Shown: in pieces, positions 20,420 to 30,460 of the stretch
Position numbering within the stretch: position 1 is the first letter of the stretch
Layout of the letters: every line of letters begins with the position of its first letter
From: a virus
Length of the DNA stretch: 64,000 nt
Virus record (IMG/VR): IMGVR_UViG_3300025012_000066
Location: 11,470 to 75,469 of that record
Strand: one strand, 5' to 3'
Translations under genes and position numbers: made by a program
The notes under the pieces: model-generated
Seen by the model: the letters and a program-made list of their open reading frames with translations, nothing else
Databases searched by the model: none
What the model was told of the DNA's origin: nothing

Positions 20420-20611
20420 ATGGAATCAAATATAATTGAATTAAAGACATTTTATGTAAAAAGCATGAAATTAGCCGGATTTCTTATGATGAAAGGGTTT
20501 GTCCTTCATGGAGTAAAACCAGAGGAAAATTCAAACAGAAATATATTCTTATTCACAAATAGTCCTCAATTATTAAAAGCAATTGAGCAATATAAACAAA
20601 TCAAGAAGTAA
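20420..20611 (+). CDS. DUF5659-like small protein
   Basis: RBS AAGGAGTG; SMKLAGFLMMKGF...RNIFLF. Confidence 0.7.
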   Translation: MESNIIELKTFYVKSMKLAGFLMMKGFVLHGVKPEENSNRNIFLFTNSPQLLKAIEQYKQIKK

Positions 20612-20616
20612 AAATA

Positions 20617-20749
20617 TTTGACTACATAAATAGTGTAGTTAAAACTTAGTTACTTATCCATAATGACAGTAAAAATATTTGACTACCACTTTTATGTAGT
20701 TCAATACTTACAATTTACTGTATTTGACTACATAAAACAGGTAGTCAAA
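20617..20749. repeat. Three palindromic TTTGACTAC-N9-GTAGTCAAA sites
   Basis: Copies at 20617-43, 20678-704, 20723-49 (third has perfect arms). Confidence 0.85.
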
Positions 20750-20880
20750 TGAGGTGTAATAAGAGTAACTAAGTATTAATAAGAGAGAATAATATACTCA
20801 TGTCTCGCGAAACGCGATTCATAAATTATTTTCTTTTCTAATGATTATCATAAACAAATTAAAGAAAGAGGTTTTAACAA

Positions 20881-22407
20881 ATGACAGAAAAACAAACATT
20901 AAATAATAAAGGTATATTTTGCAAGTTACCAAATGAATTATTCTATTTCTCTGAAAAGAATCAAGACTCAGATCCTAAAAAAAGGAAGTTTAGCATATTG
21001 GAAAATACAAAATCAGATAAAGGTAAATTTAATTATAAATCATTGTATATTTTAGACTTCATTTATATGAATAAGAATATGAGAAATATTACAAATTTCT
21101 ATCTTAAAGATATGATTACTGATTGTGGTTATAAATATAACACTAGAACTGGTGAATCAGTTGATCAATTCAAACAAATATTGTCCAAATTGCAAGAGTT
21201 AAAATTAATAAGTTGTGATATCAATTTTATAGATGTAAAAGTTAATGAAAGAATATCATGCACATTAGATATTGATTTAGATAATCAATTCTTTATGCTT
21301 TATGATTGTGATAAAGAGAAAATACTTAATCAAACTATAGATAAAACAGACAATATGAATCTCCTTGTTTATTTTTGCTACTTGACCTGTAAAATGTATA
21401 AGCGTCCAAAAGGTGATGAAGTTGAAAAATCAGGTGGTAGAACAGAGGTATGTTGGCCTCCATATAAAACAATTAATAAGGAGTTAGGTTTTGTTGATGA
21501 TTCGATTAATAAATATAACAAAATATTGGTAGAGTTAGATTTAATAAGAGTTGGAAATGCAGGATTATGGTATTACAAAGATGATATTAATAAAGCACTA
21601 AAAGAGAGTTGTAATATTTATACTTTATTCACCACTGAAGATGAATCTACTCATAATCTTAAAGAAGGTATTAAATACTGGAAGAAATTAGATACAAATC
21701 AGAATAGAGTATTCAAAGGCACTAGGGAATATGAGAATAATAATCGTAAACTTAATGGAGAATTAGGTTCTATTATTAAGAAAGAAAATTTGGGAACTGT
21801 AACAGCAGAAGATATTGTTAGAAAAGGTGAAATATTAGCGTCAACAAAACCTGATGAAGAAAAGTATAAAATCATGTCAATATTAGATGCTAACCCTAAT
21901 GAATTATTGTCTAATATATTTGAAGGTAAAAATATTGAGATTTCAGAAAAATATTATGATTTAGAGGATTCTTTAGGTTTGATGGATGGAGAAAATTTAG
22001 CAGATGGTATCAAATATGAGGATTATAAATGGGTAATGATTAATTATAAAGAGAATGAGCATCAAAAGTTTATTGATTATGTTGTCAAGAAAAAGACAGA
22101 TGTATTTGATATCATTGATAATCGTACATCAGCAGAGATTAAGGGTAGAGGGTTACAGAATAATAAGAGAAAATTGATTATAGAAGATACTGTGAATGTA
22201 ACTGTAAGCAATGAGCCAGATATATTTGAAGATTGGTTTAATGTAGATGAATGTGATAATAATAATGATTTGACTGATGAAGAATATCAAGCAAAACAAG
22301 AATGTATTGAGTTGAATCATGCTCAAATACCCGATGAAGTGTTGAGAGAAATAGAAGAAGATATGTATAATAGGAATAAAGAAAATATCTTTGAGATGTT
22401 TTTATAA
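20881..22407 (+). CDS. Putative DNA-binding / replication initiator-like protein
   Basis: 508 aa; wHTH-like VCWPPYKTINKELG...SINKYNKILVELDLI; preceded by palindromic repeats. Confidence 0.45.
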   Translation: MTEKQTLNNKGIFCKLPNELFYFSEKNQDSDPKKRKFSILENTKSDKGKFNYKSLYILDFIYMNKNMRNITNFYLKDMITDCGYKYNTRTGESVDQFKQILSKLQELKLISCDINFIDVKVNERISCTLDIDLDNQFFMLYDCDKEKILNQTIDKTDNMNLLVYFCYLTCKMYKRPKGDEVEKSGGRTEVCWPPYKTINKELGFVDDSINKYNKILVELDLIRVGNAGLWYYKDDINKALKESCNIYTLFTTEDESTHNLKEGIKYWKKLDTNQNRVFKGTREYENNNRKLNGELGSIIKKENLGTVTAEDIVRKGEILASTKPDEEKYKIMSILDANPNELLSNIFEGKNIEISEKYYDLEDSLGLMDGENLADGIKYEDYKWVMINYKENEHQKFIDYVVKKKTDVFDIIDNRTSAEIKGRGLQNNKRKLIIEDTVNVTVSNEPDIFEDWFNVDECDNNNDLTDEEYQAKQECIELNHAQIPDEVLREIEEDMYNRNKENIFEMFL

Positions 22408-23060
22408 ATTATAAACCAATAAATAAAATATTGCTTTACATTTATCATCTCATAATGTACAATTATCATACAAAAGTGAGGTGATAATATTATTATGAGT
22501 TTAACAGACGATGCTTTAGAAACTGCCAAATATGTTAATGATTTATTAAATGGTGACTCTCAAAAACTAAAAAGGATTTATGAACATCTTTGTGTACATG
22601 ATATTATAATGTATCATGCTTCAAAAGAACAAATGCTTGATATTTTTAAAGATATCTAATCTCCTATTGACATAAATCATAAAATAATGTATCATAACAA
22701 ACATAAGTGATTAATTTTCATTTTTCATTTATAACTCTTTCTTTCATCCTCAAGAGGGAGTCTTACTTATTAGTAGGATTTCCTCATTTTTTACCTTTTT
22801 GACAATGGATTGCTTTGTTCGCTATAATTGGAAAAGGAGTGTTGAATATGAATGATTGCATGAGAGAAGACGCTATAAGATTCTGTAAATTAATTAATCA
22901 CAATGCTAGTGAAGAAGATATTGAATTATATATCAAATTCTTTTGTGATAGGTGTAAAAATCTTGGATGTAAATCTCCCAATTTAAAATTAAGGAAAATT
23001 TATAAGGATCAGGATGCTAGAATGAAAAGAATGAGTGACATATAATCCTTTATTTGTTTT

Positions 23061-23089
23061 TTGACAATCCTATACCCATCCTCTATAAT
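23061..23089 (+). promoter_or_regulatory. Consensus sigma-A promoter
   Basis: TTGACA-17 bp-TATAAT; a similar promoter lies at ~22799. Confidence 0.85.
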
Positions 23090-23112
23090 TAGTATAATAG
23101 GAGAGTGATTAA

Positions 23113-23784
23113 ATGATTATTTTGGATGATAATAAAATACAATTCACTGTACAAAGACAAAAACATATTATTGGAAGTAAATTATTTCCAGTTTCATCAA
23201 AAAGTAAACTCCAAGTATTTAACTCTGAATATACAGAAGAATTAGATAAAAACGATCCTAAAATACTTCAATTCACTAAACTTGTTGATCAATGTAAATT
23301 TGAAATGGGCCATGCTTATACAAGTTCTGATATTATTCTTCAAATTGCAGATGCAATAAATTTAGAAGCAAAATTCTTTTCGGGTTGGTTAATTTATCCT
23401 TTTAGTAATACATTTCCTAGTCATCATGCATAGACAGTAATTAATGGTAATAGCGTTGTAGATGTAATGCAATTCCCTGAAGAAATTGATGTAATGATGA
23501 AAACTGATATGACTGATCCTAAATTTAAAGAAAAACTTGCCATAAAAATAACTGAAATACGGAAGAAAGAAAAACCTCTTTCTGAATCATGTTTCTTCGG
23601 TAAAATTAATTATGATTGGGTTTATTATGTTGGGAGTCCAGATACTTCGGAAAACGCTAAGAGAATATTTAGAGAATTAATTTCAAAATATCCTAATCAT
23701 CCTGCTTATATTCGTAAAGGGGTAAGAGAGTCAAATGGTAGAACTGAATTACAAAATTTAATTAATAAGGAAATGGGAGAGTGA
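23113..23784 (+). pseudogene. Single gene split by an in-frame TAG (HAW motif protein)
   Basis: ORFs 23113 and 23467 are in one frame; reads HHA*TVING where the neighbouring gene has DHAWC. Confidence 0.65.
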
Positions 23785-23790
23785 GTAAGT

Positions 23791-24174
23791 ATGAATACTA
23801 ACAATATTAAGATAAATCATTCTAAAATCGGCAAATGTTATGAATTAAGTTTGCAATTTGTATTAAGACATCAGGATTGGAAATTAGTTCATGGATATAT
23901 TACTAATCGACATCCACCATTTCAGACTATTGATCATGCTTGGTGTGCAAAAGGCGATATTGTTAGAGACGAAATATTTGAAAATGAGTTCAGTATAGAA
24001 GTGCATAATGCTTTATTTAATCCAAAGACTGTAAAAGAATACACTTTTGATAAAATGGTTACTATGATGAATAAGTTTGAGACTTATGGCCCTTGGCATA
24101 AGATAAAAAGTCCTAGTAAAAAATATTATGATGAAAATGGTAATTTAAAAGATGAGTATAATGAGAGGAAATGA
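23791..24174 (+). CDS. Hypothetical protein with possible papain/transglutaminase-like C-H motif
   Basis: GKCYE...LVHG...DHAW. Confidence 0.5.
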   Translation: MNTNNIKINHSKIGKCYELSLQFVLRHQDWKLVHGYITNRHPPFQTIDHAWCAKGDIVRDEIFENEFSIEVHNALFNPKTVKEYTFDKMVTMMNKFETYGPWHKIKSPSKKYYDENGNLKDEYNERK

Positions 24175-24392
24175 TAATTATGCAAGAAACTAACAAATTT
24201 TCTTACACAGAAGAACAATACGAAAGATATTGTCAATTCTATTCAATCATTGCTAATGGTGATATTTCTGATATGATTAGAGCAAACGAAGGTTTAGAAA
24301 AATGGATTGAAATTAGAAAGATATCTGAGGAAATGATTTCTGAAATGTCTTTGAGAATGGAAAAAGAATCTGAAGCAGAGATGGGTAATTAA
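24171..24392 (+). CDS. Hypothetical protein
   Basis: ATGA-coupled ORF. Confidence 0.5.
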   Translation: MIIMQETNKFSYTEEQYERYCQFYSIIANGDISDMIRANEGLEKWIEIRKISEEMISEMSLRMEKESEAEMGN

Positions 24393-24406
24393 AGGAGAAA
24401 TGTAAA

Positions 24407-25009
24407 ATGGGAACAAGACATTTAATTTGTGTAGTTAATAATGGTGAGTATAAAGTTGCTCAATATGGACAATGGGATGGTCAACCAAGTGGTCAAGGAG
24501 TAGGTATATTAGATTTTTTACGAAATGAAATGAATAGAGTTAAATTTGAAAATCAGATTGAAGCATTAAGTTTTATTTCAAAAGAAGAACTAGAACAAAT
24601 GTGGATTGAAGCAGGAAAAGATCCTAATGAAAAACTCATACCTATGGAAATATCAAGCAAATTCAAAGAGTTATATCCTGAAAATTCGAAAGATACTGGT
24701 TCTGGAATCCTCCAGTTAATTCAGGATTCTAATCGGCAATTAAAATTAACTGATAACCTTATTTTTGCTAATGATTCATTGTCATGTAGATGGGGTTATG
24801 TAATTGATTTAGATAAGAATTTATTTGAGGTGTATGAAGGGGCTAATGAAACTCCATTAGATGAGAATGAAAGATTTTATTCTATGCAAGACAAATTAAA
24901 ACCAATCACTGTCTATGATAAAACCTATTATCCTATTAAACAGGTTATTAGTTTTGATTTGGATGACTTACCAACAGAAGAAGAGTTTTTGGAAAACTTT
25001 GAGGATTAA
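24407..25009 (+). CDS. Conserved phage hypothetical protein
   Basis: MGTRHLI...VAQYGQWDG.P.GQG motif; RBS AAAGGAG. Confidence 0.6.
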   Translation: MGTRHLICVVNNGEYKVAQYGQWDGQPSGQGVGILDFLRNEMNRVKFENQIEALSFISKEELEQMWIEAGKDPNEKLIPMEISSKFKELYPENSKDTGSGILQLIQDSNRQLKLTDNLIFANDSLSCRWGYVIDLDKNLFEVYEGANETPLDENERFYSMQDKLKPITVYDKTYYPIKQVISFDLDDLPTEEEFLENFED

Positions 25010-25181
25010 ATATGAAAATTAAAAAATATTCGATTATTATTATATTTTCCAAGGATTATTGGGATGTTTTTGAAGTTATGGCTGAGTCTAAAGAACATGC
25101 TAAACAATTAGCTCGATTAGATTTTCCTAATGCTAGAATTGGAAATATATTTAGAGCATAATAGGGAAGTAGTGATTAAAT

Positions 25182-25436
25182 ATGTATAAAGTAAAAGTAA
25201 AGATTATTATGACAGCAATATTAGAGGTTGAAATCAACCAAGAGAAAATGTTTGATCCTGATGACTTTGAGGAAGAAGATATACCGACCATTAATGATTC
25301 TATTAAAGGAGTTGTAGAAAGTTATATTGATAATCCTATAGCTTTTGTGGATGATGAAAGTGTTAAGATAAACATAAGGCATGAAGTTATTGGAGAAATT
25401 CAAAAGTGTAAAATTAAAGCAGAGATAATGAATTAA
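25182..25436 (+). CDS. Hypothetical protein
   Basis: ORF followed by hairpin/T-run ~25445-25480. Confidence 0.5.
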   Translation: MYKVKVKIIMTAILEVEINQEKMFDPDDFEEEDIPTINDSIKGVVESYIDNPIAFVDDESVKINIRHEVIGEIQKCKIKAEIMN

Positions 25437-25604
25437 CTTAATAAGGGGAAGTAAAATTCCCTTTCTGCTTTTTCTTTTCTTATGAATATAAAAAATAATA
25501 TTATCCTTGACAAACTTTGGCAGATAGTGGTATGATGAAAGAGTAGAAAGTGAGGTGAGGGAAAATGGATATTAAATCAATAAATAAATTTTACAAAATA
25601 AAAC

Positions 25605-25633
25605 TTGACAGGCATTTCCACTTATGGTAAACT
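25605..25633 (+). promoter_or_regulatory. sigma-A promoter upstream of the tracrRNA/CRISPR locus
   Basis: TTGACA-17-TAAACT; a second TTGACA-18-TATGAT at 25507-25536. Confidence 0.6.
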
Positions 25634-25733
25634 GATTATAGGTTGAAGCAAGAAATAAAAAGAAAAGTTGTGATAATTAATGTTTATAAATACATAAATA
25701 AATTATTAAGTTCACAATCATTAATTAAATAAA

Positions 25734-25957
25734 AGGCCATCTTAGAAAGGTATTCCTTTAGTTGTGTTTTTAACAACTTGGCCTAAAATCGAGAAGTGTT
25801 CATAATATCTTATTTATAAGGTTGTGAATAACACTCGTAAGGTAATGGGAATAATGCGAATGTAAGGTATACATAAAAATACTAGGTATTTCGCACCCAT
25901 TGAAACTGCTGGCACAAATACCGTCCAGCACTCTTATATGTATATACAAATTGTAAC
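25734..25957 (+). ncRNA. tracrRNA of a type V-F (Cas12f) system
   Basis: Anti-repeat 25932-25957 matches repeat 3 at 25/26; blocks CGAGAAGTG, AACACTCG.TAAGGTA, TGAAACT.....CACAAA.ACCG match the AsCas12f1 tracrRNA as recalled. Confidence 0.85.
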
Positions 25958-26022
25958 AATTAAATAGGTTCGCATTTTATATAGTTGTAAGTGTTGGTGT
26001 GATTGAGTTGCAATGTAGGGCT

Positions 26023-26190
26023 GTTACAACTTGTGTGTATGTATAAGATGTAAGTATCACTCCTCTTAAACCTCTATTAATGTTCTTCCGTTACAACTTG
26101 CATATACATATAAGATATAAGTATCAAGATATTCCAAAAGGCAAAATCACACATCGTTACAACTTGTATATACATATAAGATGTAAGTAC
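26023..26190 (+). CRISPR. Mini CRISPR array: three 35-bp repeats, two spacers (32 and 31 bp)
   Basis: Repeats GTTACAACTTGyrTrTAyrTATAAGATrTAAGTAy at 26023-57, 26090-124, 26156-190 with unique spacers. Confidence 0.9.
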
Positions 26191-26252
26191 CTTTGCACCA
26201 ATCTTATTTACGATTTTAACTCATAAAAATAAATTAAAAGAGGATGATATAA

Positions 26253-27612
26253 ATGAATCAATGTGTAAAAATTGAAATAAAGAAAACGATTATAAAAAAA
26301 TATTGGATTATAGGAAAATATTAAGAGATTTAAGGTATCAATCATGGTTAGCGTTCAATAAAGCAATGACTTATTTTTGCACATTTGCTATGGAAAATAT
26401 GGAATACAAGGAATTAAATGGTGTAAATATAAATGAACGTGAAAGATTTGGTAAAACTCATGGAGCTTGGATACAAAACAGAATGAATGAAGTTATGGTA
26501 TCTCATAATAGTGGAAATGTTGCTCAAGCATATCAATTTGTATCAAAAAGATTTAGTGATGATAAAAAGAAAGGTGTGTTCAAAGGGCAGTCTGGAGTTT
26601 CAAATTTTAAGTTAAATGATCCAATAATTATAAAGAACACTAATTATAAAATTAATGTTAATAATAAGGGATTTGAAGTTGAATGTAGTTTATTTAATAG
26701 GATATATCAAAAAGAAAATAATATAAAACAAGTGAATTTCACTATTGAAAGTTTGGGTACTAGCCAAAAATTTATATTAAATAAAATTATATCTGGAGAA
26801 TACAAACAAGGGTCTGCACAAATTATTGAAGATAAAAAGAAAAGTGATAAGTGGTATCTAATAATAAGTTTTAGTTTTGAACCAGTTACAAGGCAATTAG
26901 ATATGAATAAAGTATTAGGAATTGACTTAGGATTAGTAAATACAGCAGTAATGCAAGTATTTGATATGAGTACTGAAAAATGGGATAAATTATCTTGGAA
27001 TGAGATAAATTATCTTGGAATGAGAGCGTAATTAATGGCAAGGAAATATCACAGTTTAGAAATAAACTAAATGCTAGAAAAAGGCAAATTCAAAAAGCCA
27101 GTAAAATTGTTGGTAATGGGAGAATAGGGCATGGTAGAAATACTAGAATGAAACCATTGATAGATATTGGTGATAAAGTAGCAAGATTTAAAGATACATA
27201 TAACCATAAAGTTAGCAAATACATAGTAGAATTTGCTGTAAAACATAATTGTGCTACAATTCAAATGGAAAATCTAAGTGGATTTTCAGAACAACAATCA
27301 GTAAAATTTTTAAAGAATTGGGCATATCATGATTTGCAAACAAAGATTCAATATAAATGTGAAGAAAAGGGTATTAAGTTCGTACTCATTGACCCAAAGT
27401 ACACAAGCAAGAGATGTAGTCATTGTGGATGTATTAGTGATGAAAATAGAGATTGCAAGGGTAATCAAGCAAGGTTTAAATGTGTTACATGTGGACATGA
27501 AGAAAATGCAGATATTAATGCTGCAAAAAATATTAGTATACCAATGATTGATAGTATTATTGTGGATCAATTGAAGATGATGAAAGAGTTTAAGGATAAG
27601 AAGATTAGTTAA
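26253..27612 (+). pseudogene. cas12f: Cas12f (AsCas12f1-like, type V-F) split by two frameshifts; ~446 aa when repaired
   Basis: RuvC-I GIDLG, RuvC-II QMENL, CxxC/CxxC zinc finger, RuvC-III NADINAA; GHGR bridge; adjacent tracrRNA and array; -1 lesion near the A7 run 26294-300 and a 20-bp duplication 26984-27023. Confidence 0.85.
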
Positions 27613-27708
27613 TATGATCTAGTGTTTAAATACGTTATTAACTCCTTACCCACCAAGGATTAATATAAATAGGGTTGTGACCTACACTAAATTAGAAAGG
27701 GGCAAATT

Positions 27709-28269
27709 ATGTCTAAAAATATTAATATTGAAACCCAAGTTCAACTCGATGAAAAAAGTCACATTATTCTCAATGAGAAATTAAAAACCTTTAATTTAGA
27801 CAGTGATATGAATTATGCTGTTGCAGTTCTGAAAATATTTATTACAAATTCAGAATCAAAGAAATATAATAAGTTAGCTGTTAATGTTGTACCTAAAGTA
27901 CAATTTGTTGTACCATTTGTTTCAAAAATACTGGCAACTGAATATATGAAGGAATTGTCTCAGAAAAATAAGTTAATGATGTTTCTTCATGTTGAAAAAG
28001 GTAATATTGTTGTAAAAGATGAAGATATTGATTTAGCTATTAATAATTTACTAAATACATCAACAAGTCCAGAAATAGAATATGAAGAAATATCTAGATT
28101 AAGTTTATTTAATCTTATTGCCTATAATTGGATGAATTTCTCAGAACAAGAAAAAGATGAATATGCTTATAAACTAGGAGGATTGAACGGGCATTATCAC
28201 ATACGAGCACTACTTGATAATTGGGAATTTAGTCCTGAGTTTGAGAAAGAAGTAGTAAACTATATATAA
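27709..28269 (+). CDS. Hypothetical protein
   Basis: 186 aa ORF with RBS. Confidence 0.6.
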   Translation: MSKNINIETQVQLDEKSHIILNEKLKTFNLDSDMNYAVAVLKIFITNSESKKYNKLAVNVVPKVQFVVPFVSKILATEYMKELSQKNKLMMFLHVEKGNIVVKDEDIDLAINNLLNTSTSPEIEYEEISRLSLFNLIAYNWMNFSEQEKDEYAYKLGGLNGHYHIRALLDNWEFSPEFEKEVVNYI

Positions 28270-28364
28270 AATTTATTAAACATACTACTTAGTGATATCT
28301 GCTGAGGTGGGCAGTAGATATAAAGATTAAAATATAAAATAAATTAATGGAGGTTTAAATTAAC

Positions 28365-28604
28365 ATGAAAGATTATGACGGATTAGGAAATGGTATTATT
28401 GCTAACGAAACTTTAAAAATGCTCATAAGAGATATTAGTAAACAATGGGGCAATATTTTCTCATCTGAAGACAAAGAAGAAATTGCTGAGTTTATAGTGG
28501 GGAAACATAATAAAGAATTGTTTATTACTTTATTAGATTCTCCATATTTTCAATGGTTGATAGGAATGATTTCTGAAGAAAATACCGGAAGACCAATATC
28601 TTAA
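28365..28604 (+). CDS. Hypothetical protein
   Basis: RBS GGAGG. Confidence 0.55.
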   Translation: MKDYDGLGNGIIANETLKMLIRDISKQWGNIFSSEDKEEIAEFIVGKHNKELFITLLDSPYFQWLIGMISEENTGRPIS

Positions 28605-28873
28605 TATAATGTAATATGTATATATTGACCCATAGCAGAGGGGTTCATACTCTGCTAATATATTGATAAGGATGTGGTGTTTCTATGAATTCTAAAACTG
28701 CCGTAAAAATTAGAAATAAGGGAATGTGGTTTCATAAGCATGGGAAACACAAAGGATTAAAAGAAATATCAATTATATTTAACAAGAGAAGAAGATTTAT
28801 GTATGTGTTTGAACCAATAGATATTAGTTGTGGGAATTGGTCAAGTTTTAGGTGGTAGAAAGGAAGTTTAATT

Positions 28874-29098
28874 ATGGAAGATACTCTAAATGATTCAAAA
28901 GACAATGTTTTTAATTATTATTTTCATTATTATGGTTTATTATGTAGTATTTATGATTATAAAACAGATTATCAAATGACAAGATTGTTTAATAAATTAG
29001 CCGAATGGGATGTTAGGATTGATAAATTACCAGAACAAATTAGAAATCAAATAAAAGAGTTGCAGCAAATTGACAATCAAGAAGATTGGGATTTTTAA
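28874..29098 (+). CDS. Hypothetical protein
   Basis: RBS AAAGGA. Confidence 0.5.
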   Translation: MEDTLNDSKDNVFNYYFHYYGLLCSIYDYKTDYQMTRLFNKLAEWDVRIDKLPEQIRNQIKELQQIDNQEDWDF

Positions 29099-29192
29099 AA
29101 TAAATATTCATTATGTAAATATAAAATATACAGGAGAGAACTTGCAAGTTTATGGGTAGCTATCCCTCCCTGATCAGGAGGAGAGAATTGAA

Positions 29193-30443
29193 TTGGGCAA
29201 AAATTTTACTATTGACTATGAAATTATTAGTAGTTTTAAATTAAAATTGGTGGGAACAGAACCTAAAAACGCAAAACAAAATTTTACAATGGAAGACAAA
29301 GAGGGATATATTTATTTTGGCAATTTAAGTGATATGAAACAAAAATTGAAACAGAATCATTCTCTGAGTAGATTTCATACATCAAATTCGCATACTATAG
29401 ATAATATAAAACTATGGTGCAAATTAAATAGTGTTGAATTGGAATTAGTAAGTACAATATATTTAAACAACAAACAAAAACTGGTGTTCAAAGACAAAGA
29501 AGGATATTATTATCTTTTATCTTTAGATTGCCTGCGAAGAAATTCGACGGCTTCTAGATTTCACAAATCAAACTCATATACAATACAAAATATAAAACTA
29601 TGGTGCAATTTAAATAATAAACCATTTAAATTAATTAGTAAAATATATGTTGGTGCTGATGATAAATTAGAATGGCAATGTTTAAAAGATGGTTGTGGCG
29701 AAATATTCAAAATGAAATGGAGTCATATTTATGATAACCACGGTTGTGGGTTCTGTCATGGCAAACAAATTGGTTTGTCAAATTGTCTTGAAACTTTAAG
29801 ATTTAAACTTTCTAAAGAATGGCATCCTATAAAGAATGGTGATTTAACTCCATTTGATGTAACAGTAAGTAATGGAGAGTATGCTTGGTGGAGTTGTAAA
29901 AAATGTAATCATGAATGGGAAGCAGTTATTGCTAGTAGAAGTAGTGGAATTGGTTGTCCTAGATGTGCTGAAATTAATGCAGAATCTCATTTACAGAAGA
30001 GAACAAGACTATACATAAATGAATGTGGATACGATGTATTACATGAAAAAGAATGCACGTTAAATCCTAAAAATATAATAAACCCTCCTGTAAATATTAT
30101 AAGCAATAAACAGAGAAGAAAGGGGATATTAAGATATGATAATGAAATAATAATTGATAATAGACATCTTTTTATCGAAGTTAACGGACAGCAACATGAT
30201 TTAGAGGATAATATATTTAATATAAAATCTTCTAAAAAGCACAATACCACACCAAAAGAAGAGTTAGAATATCTTAAAGCTAGGGATAAATTTAAAGAAC
30301 AATATGTACATATGCAAGGAGAAAATTATTATTACTTAGTATTGTGGTATTACGATTTTGATAAAGAGGATACATATAAAAAATTGATAGATGATAAGAT
30401 AAATGAGGTATTATCAAACCTTCCACTCCCAAAAGCAATATAG
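29193..30443 (+). CDS. Zinc-ribbon + Vsr-like putative homing endonuclease
   Basis: EWHPIKNG...WWSC..C.HEW...GCPRC; LRYD...IEVNGQQH. Confidence 0.75.
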   Translation: MGKNFTIDYEIISSFKLKLVGTEPKNAKQNFTMEDKEGYIYFGNLSDMKQKLKQNHSLSRFHTSNSHTIDNIKLWCKLNSVELELVSTIYLNNKQKLVFKDKEGYYYLLSLDCLRRNSTASRFHKSNSYTIQNIKLWCNLNNKPFKLISKIYVGADDKLEWQCLKDGCGEIFKMKWSHIYDNHGCGFCHGKQIGLSNCLETLRFKLSKEWHPIKNGDLTPFDVTVSNGEYAWWSCKKCNHEWEAVIASRSSGIGCPRCAEINAESHLQKRTRLYINECGYDVLHEKECTLNPKNIINPPVNIISNKQRRKGILRYDNEIIIDNRHLFIEVNGQQHDLEDNIFNIKSSKKHNTTPKEELEYLKARDKFKEQYVHMQGENYYYLVLWYYDFDKEDTYKKLIDDKINEVLSNLPLPKAI

Positions 30444-30460
30444 TTAAATACATAAATAAT

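Noticed and set aside
26253-27612. IS200/IS605 or IS607 TnpB transposon
   Set aside because: No tnpA or serine recombinase and no evident transposon ends; a discrete array and anti-repeat lie upstream, which fits Cas12f
26253-27612. Nuclease-dead TldR/dCas12f transcription regulator
   Set aside because: All three RuvC acidic residues are present and no adjacent sigma factor gene is seen
29091-29120. Solitary type I-B CRISPR repeat (RNA anti-CRISPR) near the cas6 remnant
   Set aside because: Only the terminal ATGTAAAT resembles such repeats; too weak in AT-rich DNA
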